64,000 nt of DNA from Patescibacteria group bacterium. GTDB lineage: Bacteria > Patescibacteriota > Patescibacteriia > Magasanikbacterales > GWA2-37-8. The translations under genes and the position numbers were made by a program. This document shows positions 41,235 through 49,879 of the stretch, one piece after another. The stretch lies in the NCBI GenBank assembly GCA_041661385.1, contig JBAZUP010000001.1, forward strand, positions 145,692 to 209,691, written 5' to 3'. The notes beneath the pieces were generated by a model that did not search any database, was not told the DNA's origin, and was given only the letters and a program-made list of their open reading frames with translations. The first letter of the stretch is position 1. Each line of letters opens with the position of its first letter.

Positions 41235-41633
41235 TTATTCAGTTGTTTTCCCATCAAATTCTTCATGATCGCTTTCTGCAATTGATTTTGTCGCGTGTAC
41301 TACTCCATCACGGTGATGAGCCGGAGAATAAATCGTATATAATTTAAGCGGCTCACTTGATGATGTGTTAATAACATTGTGTTTTGATCCGGAGGGAATA
41401 ATTACCGCCGAACCATCAGTCACCAAAGATTCTACCCCATCAATTATAACTTTTCCTTGTCCGCTTTCAAATCGGAAAAATTGATCATTGTCGGTATGAG
41501 TTTCCATTCCAATCTCAGAATTAGCGGCAATATTCATCACAACTAATTGCGCATGTTTTGAAGTATACAAAACCTTTCGAAAATTTGCATTATCGAGGGT
41601 AAGTTTCTCGATATTTGCATTAAAACCTTTCAT
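41235..41633 (-). CDS. Cupin-domain protein
   Basis: Two-His cupin motifs (GMETHTD...; PSGSKHNVIN). Confidence 0.65.
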   Translation of the reverse strand: MKGFNANIEKLTLDNANFRKVLYTSKHAQLVVMNIAANSEIGMETHTDNDQFFRFESGQGKVIIDGVESLVTDGSAVIIPSGSKHNVINTSSSEPLKLYTIYSPAHHRDGVVHATKSIAESDHEEFDGKTTE

Positions 41634-41645
41634 ATATTTATTCGG

Positions 41646-42233
41646 TTATAATTTCCCAACTAATTCTGTGGAAGGTGTGAGTGTTTTGTCGCCTGGTTTC
41701 CAGTTTACCGGACAGGCTTCTCCGCCATGCTCCCGAACAAATTTTGCTGCTTGAAGCTTGCGAAGCAGTTCCCGCGGATTTCTACCGATATTATTTGCAT
41801 GCACTTCATAAGCTTGAATAATCCCATCCGGATCAATGATAAAACTTCCTCGAAGCGATAGACCTTCTTGAGGAATATATATTCCAAGCGCCTGGCATAA
41901 AGCACCAGTTGGATCGGCGAGCATCGGAAAATTAATCTTACTAATTGAGGGTGAATGATCGTGCCAAGCCTTATGCACGAAAGCAGTATCGGTGCTGACA
42001 CTCATTACTTCTGCGCCTTCTTTTTGAAAATCCGGATATAGATCCGCGAGATCAGAAAGCTCGGTGGGACAAACAAAAGTAAAATCTGCTGGATAGAAAA
42101 ATAATACAACCCACTTTTTATGATAGTCATTAAGACTAATCTTTTTGATTTCCCCGCCAACAAAAGCCTCAAAAGTACTTCCTGGCACGCTTCCGCCAAT
42201 TAGCGGCTGCCGGTAATTTAATAAATTTTCCAT
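41646..42233 (-). CDS. Peroxiredoxin (AhpC/TSA family, typical 2-Cys)
   Basis: FTFVCPTE peroxidatic Cys motif and C-terminal resolving Cys (GEACPVNW). Start moved to MENLLNY. Confidence 0.9.
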   Translation of the reverse strand: MENLLNYRQPLIGGSVPGSTFEAFVGGEIKKISLNDYHKKWVVLFFYPADFTFVCPTELSDLADLYPDFQKEGAEVMSVSTDTAFVHKAWHDHSPSISKINFPMLADPTGALCQALGIYIPQEGLSLRGSFIIDPDGIIQAYEVHANNIGRNPRELLRKLQAAKFVREHGGEACPVNWKPGDKTLTPSTELVGKL

Positions 42234-42290
42234 ATTAGTGGAATTAATAATTATATTTTTATCGTAACAGACTGAATGCATTTGCGCAAC

Positions 42291-42326
42291 CCCGAAAATA
42301 TATAGGGCGCCTCCGAAGAGGCGCCC
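42291..42326 (-). terminator. Strong minus-strand terminator: 9 bp GC stem gggcgcctc/gaggcgccc with UUCG loop, then UAUAUAUUUU
   Basis: Perfect inverted repeat 42305-42313/42318-42326; the reverse-complement loop is UUCG; AT run follows on the minus strand. Confidence 0.6.
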
Positions 42327-42347
42327 TGGTGGTGCATGGGTTTGCCG

Positions 42348-42524
42348 CTAAGCGGCGTTGTTGTCCTCCTTGGAGAGGGGTGGTACGGGCTGGGACTTTT
42401 GGTCCTTCCCGCTGAAACGATCGACAGCTCCGCCGACGTCGTGTTCGAGAGTCGCCCCGTCGGGTGTCACCAGCTTGGGGTGATATCCGAAGCGCTGATT
42501 GCCCATCCTGCCTGCGTGAGACAT
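42348..42524 (-). CDS. 58-aa GC-rich foreign-looking ORF (MSHAGRMGNQRFGYHPKLVTPDGATLEHDVGGAVDRFSGKDQKSQPVPPLSKEDNNAA), function unknown
   Basis: RBS GAGGAAAGGG 10-14 nt upstream. G/C-ending codons. Terminated by the strong hairpin at 42291-42326. Could instead be a non-coding RNA. Confidence 0.3.
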   Translation of the reverse strand: MSHAGRMGNQRFGYHPKLVTPDGATLEHDVGGAVDRFSGKDQKSQPVPPLSKEDNNAA

Positions 42525-42684
42525 GTGTATCCGCCCTTTCCTCTACTATTAGGTCCATGCTGCTTTAGTAGAGCTTAAAAATGTTATCACAATAAGCTAA
42601 ATATTTCAAGATAAGCTATAAATATCACAACATTTATTATTGACAAAATGTCATAAAAAACATAGACTCTATATACAAATATAT

Positions 42685-42756
42685 TCCCAGGTAGCGCAGC
42701 GGTAGCGCAGTTGGCTGTTAACCAATTGGTCGTCGGTTCGAATCCGACCCTGGGAG
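42685..42756 (+). tRNA. tRNA-Asn (GTT)
   Basis: Manual cloverleaf: acceptor tcccagg/cctggga, anticodon stem gttgg/ccaat, loop ctGTTaa, T-arm gtcgg-ttcgaat-ccgac. Confidence 0.85.
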
Positions 42757-42766
42757 CAAATTAAAA

Positions 42767-42788
42767 AGACGGATCTAGTCCGTCTTTT
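42767..42788 (+). terminator. Hairpin agacgga-tctag-tccgtct + T-run after tRNA-Asn
   Basis: 7 bp inverted repeat followed by ttttat. Confidence 0.45.
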
Positions 42789-42837
42789 ATATATTTTATG
42801 ATGAAGTTTTAAAGACTTCAAAATTAAAACATTTTAA

Positions 42838-42999
42838 CTATATTATTTTTTTACCCTGAAGCAATCTTACAATCACTACGATAATAGCTATTATGAGTAG
42901 AACATGGATATAGCCCCCGAGCGTATAGGAAGTTACAAGTCCTAACAGCCAAAGAACTAATAATATAACCGCTATGGTCCACAACATATGTTTGAACAT
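42838..42999 (-). CDS. lmo0937-family small membrane protein (53 aa)
   Basis: MFKHMLWTIAVILLVLWLLGLVTSYTLGGYIHVLLIIAIIVVIVRLLQGKKII matches the conserved small two-TM family. Below the ORF-track cutoff. Confidence 0.55.
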   Translation of the reverse strand: MFKHMLWTIAVILLVLWLLGLVTSYTLGGYIHVLLIIAIIVVIVRLLQGKKII

Positions 43000-43200
43000 T
43001 AGTTTAATAAATAAAATAATATTCGCTGCTTGCTTTCAAGCAAGCTTCATAGTAATCTTAAAAAGTACACCCATTTCTGTCAGGTCGCGCTGGCTATTCT
43101 AATTACATACCCAATAAAGTACTAGGTCAATAGTAAATATAATTAAAGGTGCATAAATGGTGAATGAATTTTTAAAATAACCGCATTTTAGCGAAAAAAT

Positions 43201-43695
43201 ATGCCAATCAAAGTAAAACAGGGATTTACATTAATAGAACTTCTCGTGGTTATCGGTATTATCGGAATCCTAACGACGATTGTCACCGTAGCAACGAATG
43301 GTGCGAGAATAAAGACGCGCGACACCAAAAGAAAAGCCGAGTTATCACAAATTGGCAGATTTTTTTCCGCTTCGAGTTGTTTTATTCCAAATGCCGGCCC
43401 TGGTGATTATGATTTAGCAGATTTAGTTTCGGAAATCAAAAGTAAAAATCCACAACTAGCCACAATGTTTAAACTTCCGGTTGACCCAAAAAGCGGAACC
43501 GAAAGCAAAACAAATTATCATTATAAAATTTTAAATTCTGACCGCTGTATTCTATATGCAAATCTCGAAAATAAAGATGAAAAAATAACAATCCCCGATC
43601 TGAACTTTCCAGATGTCGGCAAAGGAACTGGAATTCTAAGGTCAACTACCGAAGGTGTAAACGGAACAAATATATATTTTCAATACAGCAAATAA
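43201..43695 (+). CDS. Type IV pilin / pseudopilin-like protein with prepilin N-terminal methylation motif
   Basis: MPIKVKQGFTLIELLVVIGIIGIL class III signal peptide (G/FTLIE). Confidence 0.8.
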   Translation: MPIKVKQGFTLIELLVVIGIIGILTTIVTVATNGARIKTRDTKRKAELSQIGRFFSASSCFIPNAGPGDYDLADLVSEIKSKNPQLATMFKLPVDPKSGTESKTNYHYKILNSDRCILYANLENKDEKITIPDLNFPDVGKGTGILRSTTEGVNGTNIYFQYSK

Positions 43696-43705
43696 TTACG
43701 AAATT

Positions 43706-43733
43706 AAAAAACCCGTTTTATAACGGGTTTTTT
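43706..43733. terminator. Bidirectional terminator aacccgtt-ttat-aacgggtt with flanking A/T runs
   Basis: 8 bp inverted repeat between convergent pilin (+) and glycosyltransferase (-) genes. Confidence 0.55.
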
Positions 43734-43763
43734 AATATAAATAACTGTAATGGACTTTAATTA

Positions 43764-45086
43764 TTACAACAATTCATCATCTGCCGAAGGATCAATTACC
43801 CCTTTAAATAAAACGTCTTCGATGTTTTTAACGCCAAATTGCCGACCGTCCAAAAAACCCGCCACAGCTGCTTCGGCGAGCCAGCCAGACTTAACCCAAT
43901 CAAACAACCATTCACTGGTATATTTTGGATTATTTTGAGATATGCCAGCACCAATTGTTTTTAACCAAGTACGATTGTAATCTTCCTGCGAACCAACCGA
44001 AGGTGCCATAATTATCGGCAAACCTAAACCGGAATAGAAAACCAACTCACTTGGTTTGGTCCACAAGACATCAGTAGTTCTAAGGGCATTATTAAAAAGC
44101 TTAAAATAATCTTCTTTGTGAGGCGCAAAAATTATATTTAAATTTCTTCCGAAATTTTTAATTAGCCGTGAATCAATAATAGCTTTTTTAAAATAGCTAT
44201 AAACATCATTTCGGCTGCCCGCAACCAAATTAAAACAAACTTCTTCTTTGGTAATTTTTTCTCGAAGACTCATTAAAATATCATGAGCAATATTTCTTTG
44301 GGCACCGGCTCCCCCGACACCAAATGTAACCGTAAGCGGACGGCGACTTGGCGAATTAGGCTGAATTCCCGGCAAGAATCTTTTAATTGTATCACCATAT
44401 TTGGACCGATAACGATGTTCCGGATCTAAATTGATTACCCGATCAGAAAGATCAGATTTTAAATCAGCGAAATTCAAACCAATATTTTCGCTCGGCAATG
44501 GAAAACCCGTCAAGAAAATATTTTGATCTTTTACTCCGTACAATTTGAGACGTTCTACTACCCGGCGACATGGGGCCAAATACTTAATGCGGCTTTTAGC
44601 AGGATTAAGCGCAACCCAAGCCCGGCTAATATCACTGTCGCAAATAACAACGTAAATATCATTTTTAAATTTGTGCTCTTCCGCCATAAAAGCCACCGTA
44701 AAAAAGGTGGTAATGAGCGGAATGTCTTCGGTATTTAATTGTTTTATTAAATCTTTTCCAAAACCGGTGCGAATCAGCGAGTATTCTTGTCTAACCTGAA
44801 TGGAAGGCCATGACAAATCACGGCGAGGATAAAATTGATCAATTGATTGAAGCTTGTCGAAAGCATTCCAAATATATTTCCCAATAATTGGAATGCCGGT
44901 GGTGCGAGAAAAAAATTCATAAGTTCGACGTCCACTATTCCAGATACGATGATCGCGACGCGGAATTCCGGCATAATTATTCGCAATCAACACTTTGCCA
45001 TTTGGAGATAATTCGCGTAAAGGATAGGCAGCCCGTTGATGGCCATACCCCATATCTACAGCAACGACCCAAGCTTTGTGATCCAT
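43764..45086 (-). CDS. GT-B fold glycosyltransferase (MGDG-synthase/MurG-like N-terminal G-x-G-H loop)
   Basis: VAVDMGYGHQRAAYPL resembles GGGHxxAAxAL of GT28/MGDG synthases; 440 aa; weak. Confidence 0.4.
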   Translation of the reverse strand: MDHKAWVVAVDMGYGHQRAAYPLRELSPNGKVLIANNYAGIPRRDHRIWNSGRRTYEFFSRTTGIPIIGKYIWNAFDKLQSIDQFYPRRDLSWPSIQVRQEYSLIRTGFGKDLIKQLNTEDIPLITTFFTVAFMAEEHKFKNDIYVVICDSDISRAWVALNPAKSRIKYLAPCRRVVERLKLYGVKDQNIFLTGFPLPSENIGLNFADLKSDLSDRVINLDPEHRYRSKYGDTIKRFLPGIQPNSPSRRPLTVTFGVGGAGAQRNIAHDILMSLREKITKEEVCFNLVAGSRNDVYSYFKKAIIDSRLIKNFGRNLNIIFAPHKEDYFKLFNNALRTTDVLWTKPSELVFYSGLGLPIIMAPSVGSQEDYNRTWLKTIGAGISQNNPKYTSEWLFDWVKSGWLAEAAVAGFLDGRQFGVKNIEDVLFKGVIDPSADDELL

Positions 45087-45177
45087 ATTCGAAATGAATG
45101 AGTGAAATGATTAAATTTATTTATACATTTCCGAGTGAATGAGAATATATGCGGCGCAGCCCATATATTAATATCGA

Positions 45178-45873
45178 CTATTTTCGTTTATTTACAGCAA
45201 AAATAAATCCCATTTTTTTATCAAATTTCGATGGCATAATTTGAACACCAAAACCATTTACTCTAAGATTATTTTCTATTACTTGATACTTTTTTCCACC
45301 ATCCAAATGGTACTCAATTATAAATGCTTTTATTTTAGCAAGATCTTCTATCTTTAATCCTTCAAACACTTCGTATTCCCCTCCCTCAATATCCATTTTA
45401 ACCAGACTAACATTGTCAATTATACTCTTTTTAAGAAGTTCAGGCAACGACCAGGTGTTAACTATAGTGCTATTCTGCGTTTTAACATCCTCTCGGTTGA
45501 GCAGATAATGATTATGACTATCCTTGGAAACCACCAGATGCCGCCGGCCCGCGTCCGCAGCAACGGCCCCAGCAACAACTTTAATGGATTTAATATTATT
45601 TTCTTTTAAATGCCTGCTCAGCTGATCAATATTATTTGGTTCCGGCTCGATAGCAAGAATTGGCACATTTTCGTTTAAAGTACGAACGTACAAAGAAAAA
45701 AAACCGGCATGACTACCGATATCAATGATTGGGTCAGTGGCGCTTTTGATAATATCGTCAGCAATCCGGTATTCGTGTTTATCAAAAATCTCCGCCGCGA
45801 CACTTTCGTCCGCATCATCTCGAATATAAACAGAAAATGATTTACCGTTTGATTTAACTTGTATCTTGTTCAT
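45178..45873 (-). CDS. FkbM-family SAM-dependent methyltransferase
   Basis: IIDIGSHAGFFSLY motif (DxGAxxG-type) and overall length. Confidence 0.65.
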   Translation of the reverse strand: MNKIQVKSNGKSFSVYIRDDADESVAAEIFDKHEYRIADDIIKSATDPIIDIGSHAGFFSLYVRTLNENVPILAIEPEPNNIDQLSRHLKENNIKSIKVVAGAVAADAGRRHLVVSKDSHNHYLLNREDVKTQNSTIVNTWSLPELLKKSIIDNVSLVKMDIEGGEYEVFEGLKIEDLAKIKAFIIEYHLDGGKKYQVIENNLRVNGFGVQIMPSKFDKKMGFIFAVNKRK

Positions 45874-45937
45874 AACACTCTAATTATATCATAATTAATA
45901 CAAAAAAACACCGCAAACGGGTGTTTCTGTGCCTTTG

Positions 45938-46008
45938 TTCCGGGACTTGGATTCGAACCAAGATACTCGGCTTCAAAGGCCGATGTCCTACCATTAGACG
46001 ATCCCGGA
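45938..46008 (-). tRNA. tRNA-Gln (TTG)
   Basis: Minus strand reads tccggga-tc-gtct-aatggta-ggac-a-tcggc-ctTTGaa-gccga-gtat-cttgg-ttcgaat-ccaag-tcccgga-a. Confidence 0.8.
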
Positions 46009-46071
46009 TTGTACAGCCATTAGACCTGCCCGCAATGCTACGCATAGCGTTGCAGGCGGGCGATCCCGGAA

Positions 46072-47010
46072 TTAAACCTTCAGTTGTCGTCGCATGGCAA
46101 GACCACTTGAAAGATTGGTCAGGACCAAAACGGCCAAAGCTTGAATTCCGAACAGGTACAGCATATTCGACTGGTAGTAATTTGTCAAGGAGAAGCCGTT
46201 AGCAAAAACAATGCTGATATACTGATCCAACCAATGTAATGAAGTAAAAACAATCACAATTGTAATAGCAGTGCTAACCAAAGCATAAATAGCCGCTTCT
46301 AATAAGTATGGGCCCCTAATAAACAAATTATTTGCGCCTACCAAGCGCTTGATGCTAATTTCCACCTTCTGGCTTTGGATGGCGGCCCGAATCGTGTTAA
46401 AAATGATGAAAAAGGCTATCACAGCAAAGAGCAGAGACAAACCTAGGCCAACACGTTCGATTCTGCTGGTGATAAGCTGGATTCGATCCAATGCGGATTC
46501 ATTTCCATCAAAACTTTTATTTTCAATAATCGGTTCATACTCTGGAACACTTAAAGCATCAATAATTTTACGATAATCGCCGGGTTCTTTAGTACGAATT
46601 GTTATAGTTGGTCCAAACGGGTTGCCACCAAGTTCATCGAGCGCCTCCAAAACTTCCGGACTCAAACGATGGCGGTCTTGAAATGTTTTTAAAACTTCTT
46701 CTTTCGAAACTAATTTAAGTGAAGTTACTTCCGGAAAAGTCGCGACATAAGATTTTAATTCTTTAACTTGCTGTTCTGTAACAGTGGGCGCGAGATAAAA
46801 ACTGATTGTAACTTGATCACGAACGAGTTGTAGTGCCTGTTTGGTAATAATATCAAGCGACCATAAAGTATTTACCGACAACAACATCAAAACCAAAATA
46901 AATACCGTCATGAAAGAAAGCCCAAAATTTCGTCCAATATCTTGTAAGGCAAATTTTGCAATTCGATAAAGTGAACGCATATTATAAAATATATTTTCCT
47001 TCTGAATCAT
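46072..47010 (-). CDS. ftsX: Cell division ABC-transporter permease FtsX
   Basis: Four TM with large periplasmic loop; overlaps ftsE stop; FtsX N-terminal pattern. Confidence 0.8.
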   Translation of the reverse strand: MIQKENIFYNMRSLYRIAKFALQDIGRNFGLSFMTVFILVLMLLSVNTLWSLDIITKQALQLVRDQVTISFYLAPTVTEQQVKELKSYVATFPEVTSLKLVSKEEVLKTFQDRHRLSPEVLEALDELGGNPFGPTITIRTKEPGDYRKIIDALSVPEYEPIIENKSFDGNESALDRIQLITSRIERVGLGLSLLFAVIAFFIIFNTIRAAIQSQKVEISIKRLVGANNLFIRGPYLLEAAIYALVSTAITIVIVFTSLHWLDQYISIVFANGFSLTNYYQSNMLYLFGIQALAVLVLTNLSSGLAMRRQLKV

Positions 47011-47662
47011 CGTTAATGATCATGCCATCTGCGAGAGTAATAACACGGCGGCGCAGTTTGTTTACAACTTCGCGATTGTGAGTTACCAATACAATCGTCG
47101 TTCCAAACTCATTAATTTTTTTCAAAATCTCAATAATTTCATCCGTATTAATTGAATCTAAATTTCCAGTCGGTTCATCAGCAATAATAACTTTAGGTCT
47201 GTGCACAAGCGATCTCGCAATCACCACTCGTTGCTGCTCTCCGCCGGAAAGCTGATCGGGATATCTTTCAAACTTATTTCCAAGACCAACCAAATGCAAA
47301 ACTTGCGGTACTATTTGCCTTATTCTACTTCCAGTCGCGCCTGATACCTCAAGAGCAAACGCAACATTTTCAAAAACAGTCTTCTTAGGTAATAATTTAA
47401 AATCCTGAAAAATGACTCCGATTTGTCGGCGAAGATATGGAACGACGCTGGAAGATATTTTTGTAATATCCCAGTTTCCAAGCTCAATTTTACCTTTAGA
47501 AGGCTTTTCTTCAGCTATAAGAAGACGAACGAGGGTTGTTTTACCCGCGCCGCTTTGACCAACAATCGAAACAAATTCACCAGGTTTAATTCTAAGATTG
47601 ACATCTTTCAAAACTGGCGAATTTTGATTGTAATATTTTGAAACTCCGTAAAGACTAATCAT
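46982..47662 (-). CDS. ftsE: Cell division ABC-transporter ATPase FtsE
   Basis: Walker A GQSGAGKTT, signature LSGGEQQRV, Walker [12 protein letters not shown]. Confidence 0.9.
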   Translation of the reverse strand: MISLYGVSKYYNQNSPVLKDVNLRIKPGEFVSIVGQSGAGKTTLVRLLIAEEKPSKGKIELGNWDITKISSSVVPYLRRQIGVIFQDFKLLPKKTVFENVAFALEVSGATGSRIRQIVPQVLHLVGLGNKFERYPDQLSGGEQQRVVIARSLVHRPKVIIADEPTGNLDSINTDEIIEILKKINEFGTTIVLVTHNREVVNKLRRRVITLADGMIINDDSEGKYIL

Positions 47663-47728
47663 AATTTTGTTTTCTTATTATAGCACATCCTGACCAGACA
47701 ATGAATATTTTTGGGGATAAAATAAAAA

Positions 47729-47750
47729 ACCACTCAGAATAGGAGTGATT
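47729..47750 (-). terminator. Weak hairpin + U-run downstream of tRNA-Thr
   Basis: cactc-ctattct-gagtg followed by gttttttatttt on the minus strand. Confidence 0.35.
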
Positions 47751-47807
47751 TTTATGTTTGTGAGTCGAGCAGTGAAAGTCCCATAGTGAGTGATTCTTAT
47801 ATGTGTG

Positions 47808-47880
47808 AGCCGAGAATGGGACTTGAACCCACGACCTGCGGTTTACGATACCGCTGCTCTACCAACTGAGCTATCTCGGC
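47808..47880 (-). tRNA. tRNA-Thr (CGT)
   Basis: Minus strand reads gccgaga-ta-gctc-agttggta-gagc-a-gcggt-atCGTaa-accgc-aggtc-gtggg-ttcaagt-cccat-tctcggc-t. Confidence 0.85.
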
Positions 47881-47961
47881 GTTTTTGGTGGAAATATCAT
47901 AGTCTTTAAACACTGCTTTGTCAATATAAAAACCCGCGAATTTGCGGGTTTTTTAATTTCT

Positions 47962-48555
47962 TTACATCATCTCCATTATCTCAACCACTTCTTTTGGATA
48001 ACTCGGCAATACCGAACCGTTATAATACCACAACTTTTGAGCTTGAGTTTTATCTTTATAATATTTTGCGGTAGATTCTCTTAACCCACACAAGTGATCG
48101 CTGACATTTTCAATCGCATCATTAAAGTCATTGAATTTAATATTGGCTGATCCCCAACCAAATGGATTATTATTTCTTAAGTGTTTTCCACCAGATGATT
48201 CACGAACACCAATAGCTGGAAGAAGGCGCCAATCTATATCACACTTTTCCGCAATTTCGACAAACTTAGCACCATAACCGGCAAGCGGCATATCGCGCTT
48301 GGCGAAAAAGGAATCTAAACGGTTAATTTTATCCTGTTTCTCAACATCAACTTCCTCTGTAGTGGTTGTTTCAAAACCAACATAAGCGATTGATGTTTCC
48401 TTGGTTGAAAAATTAACCACTTGAAATACATCCAAATATGCCAAAGATAGCATTTTTGCAGACGCGTAAGCTGGGTTTAGAACGACGCCAATCACAGCAA
48501 AAACTGCGAATAGGACAAGATTGATAATTTGTTTGTTGGTCTGATAAATATTCAT
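47962..48555 (-). CDS. Secreted protein, possible peptidoglycan hydrolase (glucosaminidase/muramidase-like)
   Basis: Signal/TM at N-terminus; AIGVRESSGG resembles the xESxxG catalytic region of FlgJ-type glucosaminidases. Weak. Confidence 0.35.
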   Translation of the reverse strand: MNIYQTNKQIINLVLFAVFAVIGVVLNPAYASAKMLSLAYLDVFQVVNFSTKETSIAYVGFETTTTEEVDVEKQDKINRLDSFFAKRDMPLAGYGAKFVEIAEKCDIDWRLLPAIGVRESSGGKHLRNNNPFGWGSANIKFNDFNDAIENVSDHLCGLRESTAKYYKDKTQAQKLWYYNGSVLPSYPKEVVEIMEMM

Positions 48556-48710
48556 AATTTTCAGTCATAAAAAAAATATCCAAAAGGATATCAATAATTT
48601 TCACAACTGAAGAGTATATCATAAATAGACCCTTTTGTCAATAGTTAATCATAAATATTGGCTTATATTTGGCTAAGATAAGCAAAAACAGCCTTGCGGC
48701 TGTTGCTTTG

Positions 48711-48781
48711 AGCGGGTAACGGGAATCGAACCCGTGGCTTATCCTTGGGAAGGACACATATTACCATTATACTATACCCGC
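48711..48781 (-). tRNA. tRNA-Gly (CCC)
   Basis: Minus strand reads gcgggta-ta-gtat-aatggta-atat-g-tgtcc-ttCCCaa-ggata-agcc-acggg-ttcgatt-cccgt-tacccgc-t. Confidence 0.85.
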
Positions 48782-48785
48782 ATTT

Positions 48786-48815
48786 TTAAAAAAGGCGGCT
48801 GTTAGCCGCCTTTAG
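48786..48815. terminator. Hairpin aaggcggct-gtt-agccgcctt with A/T runs on both sides
   Basis: 9 bp perfect inverted repeat just downstream of the PPIase gene stop (minus strand). Confidence 0.55.
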
Positions 48816-48817
48816 TC

Positions 48818-49867
48818 TTAATTTGTTTCACTCGCCGGCGTTTCTGTCAATACTTTGAACGGGTTGTTTATCTTTCCATAAACATGGATGGTCGCTTTCT
48901 TTATAGCATCACTAAGAATCTTATCAAGCGATGGAAAAGCGAACAATATGTGTCTCGCTATAACTTGCTCCTTGTTTACATTTTTGCCGGATTCATCTTT
49001 TACCTTTTCAGTTTTCTTATCCATAGTTTGAACTACATGATATCCATATTGAGTTTCAACTAGAACTGGTGATAACTCGCCCTTTTTTAAAGCAAAGGCG
49101 GCAGTTTCAAATTCCGGAACCATATCCCCTTTTGCAAACCAACCAAGGTCCCCGCCTTTTTGAGCGGTACCATCGGAACCGTATTTTGCCGCCATAGCGA
49201 CAAAATCTGCTCCGCCTTTTATCTGATCAAGAACACCTTGAGCTTCGACGCGAATCTTTTCTCGAGCAACCGTATCAGAAGCGATAATTTTTGCTAATTT
49301 ATTCTGCAATATATATTGACCAATTACTTTCTTTTCAAACTGCGCTAGTGTCCAACCGTATCTTTCTTTTATTGCCGCCTCAGCTTTCGTAAGGTCACCA
49401 AATTGCTGTATTAGAATATCTTTTTTTACACTATCAATGTCGGCCTGTTCTACTTTTACGCCAAACTTAGCAGCCATTTCTTTAATAAGAACATTATTAA
49501 CTTGTCTGAACAATACTTGATCAGATAAATTTTCATCCGTTAGGCTTGCAGCTGGTCCGTTGGATTTCGCGTCAAAACTTCTCATTGCTTTAATCGCGCT
49601 TAAATCATCAAAATAATCACTAAACAAAATTGTTTGGCCGTTTACCTTGGCAACCGGCAGGCGCAAAACTGTTGCTACTGCAACAGAAAATTTATCACTC
49701 GCGGATTTAGCGTAAACACGATAAATTCCTGTTCCGACCGAAGCTATTAAAATCAAACCAAGAAAACCAAAAAAACCGAATAAAAATACCTTTTTAGTCA
49801 CATTTATTTTTTTGGCAGCTTCCTTTTCGACGACTGGTTGTTTTTCCACCTCTGGCATGTTTGTCAT
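48818..49867 (-). CDS. Parvulin-type peptidyl-prolyl isomerase (PrsA/SurA-like), membrane anchored
   Basis: PpiC domain GGDLGWFAKGDMVPEFETAAFALKKGELSPVLVETQYGYHVV. Confidence 0.8.
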   Translation of the reverse strand: MTNMPEVEKQPVVEKEAAKKINVTKKVFLFGFFGFLGLILIASVGTGIYRVYAKSASDKFSVAVATVLRLPVAKVNGQTILFSDYFDDLSAIKAMRSFDAKSNGPAASLTDENLSDQVLFRQVNNVLIKEMAAKFGVKVEQADIDSVKKDILIQQFGDLTKAEAAIKERYGWTLAQFEKKVIGQYILQNKLAKIIASDTVAREKIRVEAQGVLDQIKGGADFVAMAAKYGSDGTAQKGGDLGWFAKGDMVPEFETAAFALKKGELSPVLVETQYGYHVVQTMDKKTEKVKDESGKNVNKEQVIARHILFAFPSLDKILSDAIKKATIHVYGKINNPFKVLTETPASETN

Positions 49868-49879
49868 AAATATTTGAAA

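Noticed and set aside
42291-42573. Possibility that the GC islet is RNase P RNA, tmRNA or SRP RNA
   Set aside because: I looked for P4 (AGGAAAGUCCGGGCU / ACAGAAnCCGGCUUA), tmRNA ends (GGGGnUG... / ...UCCACCA with T-arm) and the SRP domain IV GGAAGCAGCC core on both strands and found none. Only a loose AAAGUCCC match is present.
42259-42578. Arg-rich 99-aa minus ORF and 80-aa plus ORF over the GC islet
   Set aside because: They are alternate frames of the same GC-rich DNA, with no RBS, and they overlap the strong terminator hairpin. The 58-aa frame that carries an RBS is the only plausible coding candidate.
45921-46202. 93-aa plus-strand ORF
   Set aside because: It is antisense to tRNA-Gln and the ftsX 3' end, with no RBS and no sensible product.
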